A stretch of 64,000 nucleotides of DNA from Minisyncoccota bacterium (lineage in GTDB: Bacteria; Patescibacteriota; Minisyncoccia; UBA6257; GWB1-50-10), in assembly GCA_041917695.1 (NCBI GenBank), contig JAYRXE010000033.1, positions 38,490 to 102,489 of the forward strand. The letters run 5' to 3'. Of the stretch, positions 28,482 through 38,706 are shown piece after piece. The notes under the pieces were generated by a model, which searched no databases, was not told the DNA's origin, and saw only the letters and a program-made list of their open reading frames with translations. The first letter of the stretch is position 1. Each line of letters opens with the position of its first letter. The translations under genes and the position numbers were made by a program.

Positions 28482-30254
28482 TTATTCGGGAGTTCGACCG
28501 AGTTTTTCTTCGATCTTTCCCCGTTCTTCGGTCGATGACCGGAAATTGCTGACCAGATCACCAAACGAAGAAATCACCGCCTGATGGTATTCCAATTCAT
28601 CAGTTCCCAGTCGGGTCCCGTCTGAAAGGGTTGCCTTGGCGATACGGTGCATCTTTACGACCATCGCCATAAAAGCTGTTTTGTGTTCAGCGAATTCAAT
28701 TGCGTCCTCAGCCGTGATCTCTTCGTCGAGAACCAGCGCGACCAGACTGTCTTCCAGAGTAGTGCAGAATTTTTGAGAATTTGTGTAGCCAATCGTGTCG
28801 TAAAACCTATCCTTATCGAAAGGCTGTTCAGAACTTCCGATAATCGCGGCTCTAAGTTGGTTTCGGTTGGAGATACGGCAAACTTCCATGACCAGTTTCC
28901 GCCCGCCCCCCTTGCCGTTGTTTTTTGAAAAATCGCTGGAGAGGGCCGCTTTCGGCATTCTTCGAGGAGAGATCAGTCGCTGTGCGACAATTGCCTGAAG
29001 GGCCTGGGCGACCTTTGCTCTATTTCCCACCATCTCGATCAGTTTCTGAATGGCGTCGTATGCGGTTGTCGCCGCGTGCATCGTTCCAAGCACAAGATGC
29101 CCGGTCAATGCCAGGTGGACGGCAACCTCGGCGGTGCTCACATCCCTGATCTCGCCAATTGCAACCACATCCGGATCCTGTCGAAGGGCGTTTCTTCCCG
29201 CTTCCGCATAGCTGCGCGCGCACGTACCAATTTCTATTTGCTGAATGGTGGCTTTCTTATGGGAATAAATGATCTCGACGGGGTCTTCAATCGTGACAAT
29301 GTTGACCGGACGCCGTTCGTTCAATTGTTCAATGGTCGCGGCCATTGAGTTTGTCTTCCCGCTCCCGGTTGGCCCGACATACAATACAAGGCCCTGATGG
29401 ATCGCCTGCTGGCAGATGTCTTCCACCAGGCGTTCCCCGACATCGTTGAATCCCAGGCTCCGGACCGACGGTGGCGCCGCCGGAATCTTTCGAATACTTG
29501 CTGCCAGCCCGCGTGCGTTGGGTTCATCCGTAACCACTAAATGGACATTGATTCTTAAACGAGCAAGGAGTTCATTCGACTCTTTTGAGTACACCGAATA
29601 AACGGGATTTACCCCGTCTTCGGGTAAGTGTTTTTCAAAGTTGGGAATTCTGAGACCCTCTTTTTCAAGGTATAAATTTTCAAGATGCTTGAAATAGGTC
29701 GTATTCCTTGTGACTTCACGCAGGAATTCAAGGATTTCCGCTTCGGGCATGACACTGCCTTCTTGAACGGACTCCATTTGTCCTTTCTCGTTGCGGATTT
29801 TGACCTGCCGGTTTGGGAGAATCTGGATGTCGGAGGCTCCGTTATAAACCATCAATTCGATTGTCTCGAACAATCTCCCCGCGGTGAATACATTCGATCT
29901 CTTCGCCGGGGTCCATTCCGAAATCCCTTTTTGGACAAGGCTGATTTCACGTTTGAGCGTCTCAAGAAATGCTTCGTAGGAGTCTCGGGAGTAGCGTGAA
30001 TGAACCGATTCGGGTGGTATGTAGGGCATTTCGAGTAACGCCGTGCTGCCTCGTCCTGCTCGTTTCAATACCTGGTCCAATGGTTCCTTGCTTTTTTCGG
30101 TGTAGGGCGCGACAAAGATATTGACTGATCCTTCACTTCGAATCAGGTGGCCCCCGAGTTCGACCAGGAAGCCGTCAAGATTTTCAGTCTTTGATGCCAA
30201 GATGACGACCTGTGAAGGGCGAAGAAATTGGTTAATTTCCATTTCAATCCTCAT
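28482..30254 (-). CDS. PilT/PilU-like GspE-family secretion ATPase with a ~250-aa N-terminal extension
   Basis: Walker A VGPTGSGKTN. Asp box VTIEDPVEI. Walker B VAIGEIRD. His box TGHLVLGTMHA. No C-terminal tetra-Cys. Confidence 0.8.
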   Translation of the reverse strand: MRIEMEINQFLRPSQVVILASKTENLDGFLVELGGHLIRSEGSVNIFVAPYTEKSKEPLDQVLKRAGRGSTALLEMPYIPPESVHSRYSRDSYEAFLETLKREISLVQKGISEWTPAKRSNVFTAGRLFETIELMVYNGASDIQILPNRQVKIRNEKGQMESVQEGSVMPEAEILEFLREVTRNTTYFKHLENLYLEKEGLRIPNFEKHLPEDGVNPVYSVYSKESNELLARLRINVHLVVTDEPNARGLAASIRKIPAAPPSVRSLGFNDVGERLVEDICQQAIHQGLVLYVGPTGSGKTNSMAATIEQLNERRPVNIVTIEDPVEIIYSHKKATIQQIEIGTCARSYAEAGRNALRQDPDVVAIGEIRDVSTAEVAVHLALTGHLVLGTMHAATTAYDAIQKLIEMVGNRAKVAQALQAIVAQRLISPRRMPKAALSSDFSKNNGKGGGRKLVMEVCRISNRNQLRAAIIGSSEQPFDKDRFYDTIGYTNSQKFCTTLEDSLVALVLDEEITAEDAIEFAEHKTAFMAMVVKMHRIAKATLSDGTRLGTDELEYHQAVISSFGDLVSNFRSSTEERGKIEEKLGRTPE

Positions 30255-30271
30255 TTTTAGGGGGGTGCTAA

Positions 30272-31666
30272 CTACCTGATTTGGTCGTATTCAAGACACA
30301 ATTCGGTGAAAACCGCGTCTCCACTATTAAAATCCAAATCCTTGATTTCTGATTCGAGGAGATGTTGCACGTCCTCGACCGAGACGTTTCCAGCCGCCTC
30401 ACTGTCTGAAAAGAATACACTCCAGAAGATGACGCCGTTTTCGAAGGCAATGCTGCTGTCTGCAATCATGAGCCTCTTGCCGAGCGCTTCGAAAATCCGG
30501 TTGTAACCCTTCTGCAACCGGTCGGCACCGTAAATTCGGATAATCCGTTCCGCGTCATTGGGGTTTGGGCTAATTCTTACAATCATCCCCTTTGCAAAAG
30601 TCTTCAGTTCCTCAAGCGTCGAAAACTCTGGTTTGCCCTTGATTTCATTCATGGATGATCGGCGGTTACGAAAAGCCCCGAAATGTGCTTCGTGGGGCAC
30701 GTTTTCCGGTATTTCCTGAATGCTTTCGTTTTCGGAAAACATTGTATTCACCCTTTCCTGGTGGACTGGCCGAAGGTCCACGTCAGGTTCAACGTTCGGA
30801 ACGATTTCTTCAAAAGAAGCGATTTCAGGTGTTGTCTGGGCAAAGTCCAAGCCTCCGTTGAAGGCAACTCCCACGGGTACTTGTGGCTCCAGTGGATCTC
30901 CGAGGTTTGGGTCAACGGCAAATATCGGTTCTACCTGAAAACGTTCTTGATCGGGTTTTTCGGAAAATTCCATTGGAACAACGAGGTCCGATTGGGCTGG
31001 TTCAAATCCGGGGGCTTGAAATTCACTGGTGCGCCGTTGGGATCTCCGTTCGGCATCCATTCTTAGCCGATTATATTTGAACACCAATGCAAGTGATTTG
31101 TCCTGAAGGGTCTGAATTTCCGATTCTCGGCCCAGGTAGAGCCTAACCACCGATTGCAACGAATCGGCAAGGCTGTTTCTACTGACAGTTGCGGGAAGCC
31201 CCTTCACGACCCCAAGCGCGAGTTTGTCTTTTCGTTCCGCCCGCAAAAGCAGGAGGGCAGTCGTACCGGTGCAGGCTAAAAAAAATAACCCAAGCCAAAA
31301 AAATCTCGATTTTTCTCTGGCTCTTTCATCCGTTCGCCAAATCAGGCCAAGGGTTCCAAGGAATTTTCTTTGGGCAGTGGCAGGTAAGTTTACAGTTGCG
31401 GATCCTTTTTCCAGGTTTGAGTCGATGATCTTTATGAATTCCCCGTCAGCGTCGATCACCTGAAGGTATGCCGAATCGGAAAGTGCGTCTTTTGCTGAGT
31501 TTTCGAACATTTTCCGGTTCGTCTGAAAGTCTTTGATGGTCGATGAAGCCAGCATTGCCTCGGCATCCGAGAAAAGGTTTCTGCCCGTATCGGATTCCCC
31601 GGCAAGAAGGCTCCACCCAATCACGGCCATCATGAGAACAAGAATCGCCAATCCAGTAACTCTCAT
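30272..31666 (-). CDS. Membrane protein with two TM segments; hypothetical
   Basis: TM helices LAILVLMMAVIGWSLL and FFWLGLFFLACTGTTALLLL. Unknown C-terminal domain. Confidence 0.35.
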   Translation of the reverse strand: MRVTGLAILVLMMAVIGWSLLAGESDTGRNLFSDAEAMLASSTIKDFQTNRKMFENSAKDALSDSAYLQVIDADGEFIKIIDSNLEKGSATVNLPATAQRKFLGTLGLIWRTDERAREKSRFFWLGLFFLACTGTTALLLLRAERKDKLALGVVKGLPATVSRNSLADSLQSVVRLYLGRESEIQTLQDKSLALVFKYNRLRMDAERRSQRRTSEFQAPGFEPAQSDLVVPMEFSEKPDQERFQVEPIFAVDPNLGDPLEPQVPVGVAFNGGLDFAQTTPEIASFEEIVPNVEPDVDLRPVHQERVNTMFSENESIQEIPENVPHEAHFGAFRNRRSSMNEIKGKPEFSTLEELKTFAKGMIVRISPNPNDAERIIRIYGADRLQKGYNRIFEALGKRLMIADSSIAFENGVIFWSVFFSDSEAAGNVSVEDVQHLLESEIKDLDFNSGDAVFTELCLEYDQIR

Positions 31667-32937
31667 TTTGTTCCTCCCGCAAGCGTTCCCACGAGTTGGA
31701 GCAGCGGCATGTACATCCCGATCACGATGTAGCCAACAATGATGCCCAGGACAATTTTCATAACGGGTTCGATGAGCTTGACCAGACGTTCCAGGGACTC
31801 GTCGACCAAGCCTTCGAGTTCGCGTTGAAGGTTATCGAGGTCGCCGGTGGAGCCGGTTGATTCGTATTGCTTCAATGAAGCGTAGAGCGGGGTCGTCCTT
31901 CCAAAAGCAGGGTGGTAATCTGCGAGCTTATCAGCAAGGTTTTTCCCATCAATGATGAAGTCGTCCGCTGCCTTCAATGCGGCTGATCGCAGTTCGAGAT
32001 TTCCGATTGAAGCGGCCGCATAGGTGACCGCTTCTTTGATTTCTCCGGTCGCTGAGACCAGTCCACTCAAAACGCCAACGTATTGAAAACCCGCAATGCG
32101 AACGACGATCCGATTGATGACCGGGATTCGAAGCGACCAATAACTTTCCCACTGCTTCACCCTGAAATCCTTTCGTTTCCAATAGGAATAGCCATAGGGG
32201 ATGGCAACACTGAGAATTATCAAAAGCCACCAGTAAGCATCTATAAATTCTCCTAACCATATCAGGGAAGTTGTCACCGGGTTAATTTTGTCGCCCAGTT
32301 GCGCAAACATGTTCTTGAGTACCGGGATAACGAATTTCAACATGATCCCCAAGACAACTCCGGCAACGACGAGAGTCAGAACGGGCAAGATCAATTCGCT
32401 CTTGATGGTCGCCCAGACCTTCGACATTTTCTCAAGAAACCTTACATGCCGTTCAAGCAAACCGGGAACGTACATCCCGTCAACTGCTTGCCCGGAGTAG
32501 TTCCCGGTTTTTTCCGCGGCGGCTATCATCATGAGGGTCGATCCGTCAAAGACGCCCGGAAACTCATAACAGGCTTCGGCGAAGGTAATTCCTTGCTCCG
32601 ACAAATTGTAAAGTTCGGCAAAGAGCAATCCCGCTTTCGGCGGATTGTCCATTAAATAGGCCATTAAATGATTTTTTCCTTCATTGTAGGTCGCACTCAG
32701 GCGATACCGGCGTGACAGGTAATTTTGGACTGTGATTCCGGCTTTCGTCGAATTGACCAGTTCATTCAGAAAACGAATCCGTTCCCGTTCAGACATTCTG
32801 AAATTTTTACGATCATCTTGTCGTTCGGGATCGTCGTGTCGAAGGCGCTCGACTTTGGCGTAATCGACTCTTTTCTGCTTTTCAAACATTATTTTTATCC
32901 TTCCCTCGGAACGTCGATGATTGGCCCGTTTTCCCAT
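31663..32937 (-). CDS. GspF/PilC-type inner-membrane platform protein
   Basis: Two T2SS-F repeats and TM helices LILPVLTLVVAGVVLGIMLKF, WWLLIILSVAIPY and IVLGIIVGYIVIGMYMPLL. The true start is probably MFEKQK at ~32889. Confidence 0.75.
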   Translation of the reverse strand: MGKRANHRRSEGRIKIMFEKQKRVDYAKVERLRHDDPERQDDRKNFRMSERERIRFLNELVNSTKAGITVQNYLSRRYRLSATYNEGKNHLMAYLMDNPPKAGLLFAELYNLSEQGITFAEACYEFPGVFDGSTLMMIAAAEKTGNYSGQAVDGMYVPGLLERHVRFLEKMSKVWATIKSELILPVLTLVVAGVVLGIMLKFVIPVLKNMFAQLGDKINPVTTSLIWLGEFIDAYWWLLIILSVAIPYGYSYWKRKDFRVKQWESYWSLRIPVINRIVVRIAGFQYVGVLSGLVSATGEIKEAVTYAAASIGNLELRSAALKAADDFIIDGKNLADKLADYHPAFGRTTPLYASLKQYESTGSTGDLDNLQRELEGLVDESLERLVKLIEPVMKIVLGIIVGYIVIGMYMPLLQLVGTLAGGTK

Positions 32938-35348
32938 TCCGAGCGCCCGGATGTACGTCTACCTGACGCTCCGTATTCGCCCCTTCGCGGTGTTCTCAGG
33001 GGGCCGGTTTCATCCGTATTGGTTTCGGTCTGGTGAAATTTTTCATCCAGGTCCGGAGATGCTTCTTCGTCAGGGAACTGGTCCTCCAGAACCAACGCCC
33101 CCAAAGCATCGAAATACTCCTCGATGCCGATGACCCCGCGAATCAGCCGATCAATGCCGGCCCGGTGTAGGGTGCAGTGACCGTTTTTCAGGGCCGCTTC
33201 CCGTAAAACAACCGCTGAAGCATGGTTGTCGATCAGTCGCTTTTCGGATTTTGTCGGCTTCCAGATTTCCGGAATGGCGGTTCTTCCGCCGATACCAGGC
33301 TCTTTTCCTTTCCCGACGCAATCGGGACAATTTTCTCCCGACTCTGTTTTTCCTTTGGCCATCAAAGGCACGAAAAAAGGCAGAACCTGTTTCTCAAGAC
33401 ACTCTTCCCGCCATCTTTCAAGGTCGAGCGTTTCTTTACCGAGCTGCACTTTGCTCAAATGAATGGCGAGGGCGATATTTCCATCGGCCTCTTTGTCCCA
33501 ACCTTGACGGTGACTATCTTTTTGCTTATCCGAAAGCTTTTCCCACCTGTCCTCTCCGATCTTCAGACAGGCAATCTCAAATGCCTCTTCCCAAGTTGTG
33601 GGAATCTTCAATTTCTTCAGCATCTCCAGCAAATGCTGCATGTTGACGGTATATTTCGCATTTGCACCAAGGCGATCTTTCCAGTCAAAGTCGTGTGTAC
33701 TGCACGTCGGGCAAAGTTTGTTCGCGAGGGATTGATAGATGATTGCGAGGATGCATGAAGAAAGAGCCGAGGGAACAATCTCGTAGGGCTCTTCGGTGAT
33801 TCGTTGGACGGCGGTAAATGGGTCCGTCGAATGGAATGTCGTCACCACGAAGACCCCACCCATTCCGCTTGTAATGGCCATTTCTCCCATTTCTTTCGTA
33901 TTAATTTCTCCCATAAACAATCCATTGATCCCTTGACGGACAACGGTTTTCAACTTGCTCATGGGGTTTTCTTGTTCGGCCAACTCGCACTGCGAAATAT
34001 AGGGATTGTGATACTCGACGGGTTGCTCAATGGAGATAATGTCCTTGCCCGGATTCAGGATTGACTGTTCAGTGAGGAGGGCGCTTGCCGTGCCCGATTT
34101 ACCGGACCCCATTTCGCCAACCAATATGACCACGCCATGCCGGTGATTGTTTACCTCCAGCATCACCGCATACTCCCGGTCGTTATAGCCGAGTTCGTTC
34201 AATCGAAGCAGATTGCTGGCCCCGGACAAAATTCGGAACGACACCCGTCCGTTGCATTCGGCATTCCGGTGCAACGTATTCGTGAGCGGGATGTACGACA
34301 CGCGAGTCGCGAGTTCCACGGTCCTTCTCGATTTCGGGAGAACCACCTTCTTGAACGTCAAAGGGCCATTGTGCTCTTTATGGATCAATGGCTCACCGCT
34401 GGTCGTGGTGACAATCCAGACCATGATCCGTTTGTACGCTTCATTGAGCATCCTCAAGCGCTGAACGTCTCGATATTCCCCGTTGACCCGTGCCCGGACC
34501 AACATTTCCCCGGTATCGAAATCGTATCTTATGAGCACATCCGAGAATTTTTCCTCGGCAAGTTTCCCGATGATTTCGGAAAGCAGTTGCTCTGGTTCGC
34601 CGATGGTCCTTTGTATGACGCCTTCTTTAACGGCCGTACCCGCGTTTATCCTCTCGGCAATATCGTCGATTTTCTTTTGACTCGCTTTTTGGTCGACCTC
34701 ATAGATCTCGCCGATGTACTTGTGAACCGTACCTGGGTCAACAAACTTAATGCTTGGCGAAAGTTGGTTCCACAGCCGGGATTCTCCGAAAGCTGACTCG
34801 GAAATTCTTTCCCGGAAGCTCTGCGAATCGAACATTCTCGTAAGGGTTTCGCGGCCAGGCCCGTCTTCGGCAATGCAACTGACTTCGGTGCCCCGAATGG
34901 ACGTCACCAACACCCGGAACTGGGTTGCCACTTCAATATCCACGCAGCGGGCAATTTTCACGGTGATCGGAATCCGTTCGACGTTTTGTTTGCTTTGGTA
35001 GAGACGAATCAGGGCTGCTTGGACCTGTTCGGGGTTGAACACCTCGACTACCACCGAGATCTGTTCTGGCCGGGGATTCCCAAGTTTGTCCCGGAAAGCG
35101 GAGTCCTCCGCATACTCGCGAATTCGGGTTTCGACCGCCGTTCGATAGCGTTCGTCGGTCGCAACCGTCAACCGGCGCAGTCGAGCATCATACGAAATCA
35201 CTACAATGGAGAACTCCTTGGCCACCGTTTCCGGAATGATCGACTGGAGATTTGGATTTGGATGGAGGGGGCGAATGTTCAAATTGATGTTGCCGGGCTT
35301 CATCAATCCCTTCGCCGCGGTAAATCCCCGAGATAAAAATGACGACAT
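32895..35348 (-). CDS. GspE/PilB-type secretion/extension ATPase with N-terminal GspE_N domains and a C-terminal tetra-Cys zinc site
   Basis: Walker A LVGEMGSGKSGT. GspE_N-like IPETVAKEFSIVVISYDARLRRLTVATDE. CPTCS...CPDC tetra-Cys. 817 aa. Confidence 0.8.
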   Translation of the reverse strand: MSSFLSRGFTAAKGLMKPGNINLNIRPLHPNPNLQSIIPETVAKEFSIVVISYDARLRRLTVATDERYRTAVETRIREYAEDSAFRDKLGNPRPEQISVVVEVFNPEQVQAALIRLYQSKQNVERIPITVKIARCVDIEVATQFRVLVTSIRGTEVSCIAEDGPGRETLTRMFDSQSFRERISESAFGESRLWNQLSPSIKFVDPGTVHKYIGEIYEVDQKASQKKIDDIAERINAGTAVKEGVIQRTIGEPEQLLSEIIGKLAEEKFSDVLIRYDFDTGEMLVRARVNGEYRDVQRLRMLNEAYKRIMVWIVTTTSGEPLIHKEHNGPLTFKKVVLPKSRRTVELATRVSYIPLTNTLHRNAECNGRVSFRILSGASNLLRLNELGYNDREYAVMLEVNNHRHGVVILVGEMGSGKSGTASALLTEQSILNPGKDIISIEQPVEYHNPYISQCELAEQENPMSKLKTVVRQGINGLFMGEINTKEMGEMAITSGMGGVFVVTTFHSTDPFTAVQRITEEPYEIVPSALSSCILAIIYQSLANKLCPTCSTHDFDWKDRLGANAKYTVNMQHLLEMLKKLKIPTTWEEAFEIACLKIGEDRWEKLSDKQKDSHRQGWDKEADGNIALAIHLSKVQLGKETLDLERWREECLEKQVLPFFVPLMAKGKTESGENCPDCVGKGKEPGIGGRTAIPEIWKPTKSEKRLIDNHASAVVLREAALKNGHCTLHRAGIDRLIRGVIGIEEYFDALGALVLEDQFPDEEASPDLDEKFHQTETNTDETGPLRTPRRGEYGASGRRTSGRSEWENGPIIDVPREG

Positions 35349-35400
35349 ACTGACTTCCGTTCCCCTTTGAAAGTTACGTTCTGAAAATTTGACCCTGGTT

Positions 35401-35979
35401 TCAATCCAGGCTCGTGCCCGGCTCGGGGATGTCCACCGGCATGGAAGCCCGCACCGACATCTTCAACGGACCGAACCCATCGCCTTTGACGCTGAATGCC
35501 TGCACGGTCACCAGTTGCGGAAAATCTGCAAGCCAGTCCCCGAAACTTTTCAGGAGGCTGTATTTCCCCGTGAAATCCTGCTTTTCGGGGGTCAGCAGGG
35601 AAATGACCAGGGGAGAAGCGTTAATTCCCGGCCGATAGGGGGGATGTTGCCCATTGAAATCGAGCTTCAGTTTTCTTGTTTTTGCCGCGGCGTTCATTTC
35701 CAGAACAAATTGACCGAAGTTTTCTTCGGAAGGCAGCCGTTTGCGAAGTTCAACGAACTGGTCACGGATGTCGGCACGCTCTTTTTGCAGCTCTTTGAAC
35801 TTGGTCCGCAGGTTGTTATTACGCTCATTGATCAGTTGTTTTTGACTAACTTTCAATGCCAGGGCATCGTTTTTCGCTCGTTGGTCAGCGATATAGTTGG
35901 TATCGCCCACGTACCAAATCGTAAATCCGATGACTGAGGCCAACGCCGTGGCAAAAATCAATTTTGTCGAAAACTTCAT
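35401..35979 (-). CDS. GspM/PilO-like bitopic assembly protein
   Basis: N-terminal TM LIFATALASVIGFTIWYV, then a coiled-coil and a periplasmic domain. 192 aa. Confidence 0.45.
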   Translation of the reverse strand: MKFSTKLIFATALASVIGFTIWYVGDTNYIADQRAKNDALALKVSQKQLINERNNNLRTKFKELQKERADIRDQFVELRKRLPSEENFGQFVLEMNAAAKTRKLKLDFNGQHPPYRPGINASPLVISLLTPEKQDFTGKYSLLKSFGDWLADFPQLVTVQAFSVKGDGFGPLKMSVRASMPVDIPEPGTSLD

Positions 35980-36647
35980 GCCTGTGCTCCTTCTTGCGTT
36001 TTTACGATTTCAAGCGAAAGGCGAAACTGTTCCCCGTTTTCGGTTCTGCCTTTCAAGCTCACAAAAGCCGAGTGATTGTCGTCAAATGTGATCAGCAGCC
36101 GACCCTCTTCAAGGTAGTTCCGATCAAGGGACCGCCACCCATGCATGGTGATTTTTGCCTTCTCGTGGCCGACCGACTCAGCATAGATTTCGTGACAGTC
36201 GTTCTCGTCCACGAAACCGAGGAATGCGGCCCGATCAGCGTCGTAGGTGATCTCACCAGTCATTTTGCCCTCGGCGAGAAATTTACGCGCGAACCCTTTC
36301 AAGCCATCTCGGGCATCCCTCTTTTGCTTGCCCCAGGTCGGGTCCAAACCATAGGCAAGAGGGAACAGACGCCAGACCTCCCCCGGTTCGAGCTTGATTG
36401 GGGACCATCTGATTTCCGAGGAAATTACCCCTGACGTCCATTTCGACAGCTTTACGAGAAATTCTCTGTCCGAGAACAGTTCGGTCAGTTTTCTCAGTCC
36501 TGCCTCATCCTCGTGGTAACAGGTAATTTGATCTCCAAACTGACGGGATACCAAAATCGAGAACCGAAGTGCGGTCTCATAGTCCAGTGTTTCGGCGAGG
36601 TCGCGGTTTGGAGCAAAGTGCTCTCGAAGAACTTTTAGGTCCGTCAT
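35976..36647 (-). CDS. Hypothetical cytoplasmic protein
   Basis: 223 aa, no TM segment, no motif. Confidence 0.35.
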   Translation of the reverse strand: MTDLKVLREHFAPNRDLAETLDYETALRFSILVSRQFGDQITCYHEDEAGLRKLTELFSDREFLVKLSKWTSGVISSEIRWSPIKLEPGEVWRLFPLAYGLDPTWGKQKRDARDGLKGFARKFLAEGKMTGEITYDADRAAFLGFVDENDCHEIYAESVGHEKAKITMHGWRSLDRNYLEEGRLLITFDDNHSAFVSLKGRTENGEQFRLSLEIVKTQEGAQA

Positions 36648-38155
36648 TATTTTCGCTCCTTCGCTTCCGCCGTCAGTTGCTGTTGCCGGGCGATGGCCGC
36701 CGCCTTTGCCTCTTCAAGCAGCTTTGAAGTCGCAGGGAGTTCCAGCGGTTCTTTCCCGGTGACACCCTTAAAAGTACACGTCACGCGGAACGTCGCCATT
36801 TTCTCGGACTCATTTTTGATCTCCGGCACAATGTTGTTGACCTCGCCAGACTGCTCAAGGCTCCGGATGAACTGTCCGAGGAGATTCCCGGCGTCGATTG
36901 GTCCCCCACCCTCGCGACCATAGACGCTGGTGTCGGCAATGTAGCCACTGAAGGTAAGCTGTGAACCTTCCCCCGAAAATTCGGTCAGTACCAATCCGGG
37001 TACGTACCGGGTTTGCAGCAATTGAAGTAGGTTCGAAAGGCTTTTTTGTTTCGGGGTTTCAGTTTCAATCGCCTTCTTGATTTTTTTGATGACCTGAAGG
37101 CGAGCGTCGATATCCGTGATTTCCGTTTGGATCTTTTCGTTCTCTTTTTCGATTTTCTCTTCTTCCCGCATTTTTTGGGCAAGGCTTTCGCCGCGTTGGG
37201 ATTCCAGTGAGTTTGCGCGGAGAAATACACCGCCCCCAACGAGAATTCCCAGGATCAGACCCGCCGCGACGGGTTGAAGGCTGGCTTTGGCCCAGGTGGC
37301 ATACCGCTTCAACGCGGTCACGGACAGGCCGGTCTCGGGTATTTCCGGGACCGGGAGAAGCCGATTATAAAAGTCCGGGCCGATCCCCGTGTTTGCCGCC
37401 CAAGCCGCCGAATAAATCGAAATTGAAACATCATCCCGGCCGACACTCTGTTCGTCGATGATATTTGTCCCGAATGGGACATACTCGGCATCCAGCGATA
37501 CTCCGGTCATCCGTTTGAAAGGTTCCAGAAGCCAGGTTTCGTAACTGTTGGTAAGGTAATTGGCCCCGGTCAGGTACATCGCCTGAGTTGCCTTGCCGTT
37601 GATTCGAGTCCGCTCGATCAGACCCGCTACCGCTTCAGTTTTACCGGCCTCGTTGACGAAGTATTCGGTGTCGTATTTCACCAGATTGCCGTACTGATAA
37701 ACAAAAACCTGAATCCGGCTTTCCGAAATGTTCCACTGGATTGATGAGTCCAGTTTTTGGAGTTCGGCTTTGCGCACCATGTGGAAAGCCATCGCGGTAT
37801 AGAGGTCATCCGGCATCCGGTTTTGACTTTCGGCTTCCTCGAATGCCTGCTCGGTGGCAAAGACAAGATTCTTCCCAATTCGCGTCCAAGCGTAATGCCA
37901 GCCCTTCGGCACCTGTTTCGGTGTTCGTCCGGCTTTGGCTTCCAACTCAAAGTCCGCCGCATCTCCGCCCGTCAAAATTTGAATCGGCGCGTCAACCAGT
38001 ACCGTTCGGGGAACATCTCTCAGTTCGCTTGCGACCTGACTCTGTTCGTTAATCCCAAGCCGTTGTAATTGGGAAATCCGGACCCGGTTCCCTTGCCGGT
38101 AGGCCTGGGCAATTTCAACCGCTTCCCCCCTGACTTTTCGTTCGATGATAATCAT
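36647..38155 (-). CDS. GspL-like (PilM-PilN fusion-like) assembly protein
   Basis: ~290-aa cytoplasmic actin-like region, a single TM LQPVAAGLILGILVGGGVFL, then a periplasmic coiled-coil plus domain. Confidence 0.5.
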   Translation of the reverse strand: MIIIERKVRGEAVEIAQAYRQGNRVRISQLQRLGINEQSQVASELRDVPRTVLVDAPIQILTGGDAADFELEAKAGRTPKQVPKGWHYAWTRIGKNLVFATEQAFEEAESQNRMPDDLYTAMAFHMVRKAELQKLDSSIQWNISESRIQVFVYQYGNLVKYDTEYFVNEAGKTEAVAGLIERTRINGKATQAMYLTGANYLTNSYETWLLEPFKRMTGVSLDAEYVPFGTNIIDEQSVGRDDVSISIYSAAWAANTGIGPDFYNRLLPVPEIPETGLSVTALKRYATWAKASLQPVAAGLILGILVGGGVFLRANSLESQRGESLAQKMREEEKIEKENEKIQTEITDIDARLQVIKKIKKAIETETPKQKSLSNLLQLLQTRYVPGLVLTEFSGEGSQLTFSGYIADTSVYGREGGGPIDAGNLLGQFIRSLEQSGEVNNIVPEIKNESEKMATFRVTCTFKGVTGKEPLELPATSKLLEEAKAAAIARQQQLTAEAKERK

Positions 38156-38706
38156 CGTGTTCCATCCTTCCTGAGCGGAATCTCGATTTTTTCCAATTTC
38201 CCGTTCGGTTGCTGTCGTCCTTCGACGATGACTTTCCGCTCACTTGGCTGTCCGTCAGTGACGATCTTGATGATCCGACCGTTGAAGAAGCGACTTCCGG
38301 TGGTGCCGAAAGTCAAAGCGGAACTATTCGGGGTGCGAAAAGCCACCTGGATACGGTTGTCGCGTTCGAAGATGCCGACCAGCGTGACTTCACTGGTCAA
38401 ATATGCACCGAGACTTCCAAATCCCTGTTTCTTGGCGTATTCAGCCCGCGCCGCTGAGGACTCCCACGGAACGAGCAAGGCACGTTTGCGCACCGCCCCC
38501 GGATCGAAAAACGGATCCGCGTTCGCCGGTCGGGCCGGTTGCCCGAAGCCGGGGTTGCCCGGCGGCGTCGGCGAGGGTTGTCCCGCAACCGGTTGCGCTT
38601 GACCAGTTGGCGTTCCGGCTTGTGCCGGCGCGGTTGCCGGCGGGGGCGGCGGTGCTGGTTGCTGGGCGGCCCCCTGGATCAGGAGAAAAAGGAGAAACGC
38701 TTTCAT
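38152..38706 (-). CDS. PilP-like periplasmic (lipo)protein, a putative secretin partner
   Basis: Signal peptide MKAFLLFLLIQGAA, Pro-rich linker PAPPPPPATAPAQAG, C-terminal beta domain. Overlaps the secretin stop. Confidence 0.4.
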   Translation of the reverse strand: MKAFLLFLLIQGAAQQPAPPPPPATAPAQAGTPTGQAQPVAGQPSPTPPGNPGFGQPARPANADPFFDPGAVRKRALLVPWESSAARAEYAKKQGFGSLGAYLTSEVTLVGIFERDNRIQVAFRTPNSSALTFGTTGSRFFNGRIIKIVTDGQPSERKVIVEGRQQPNGKLEKIEIPLRKDGTR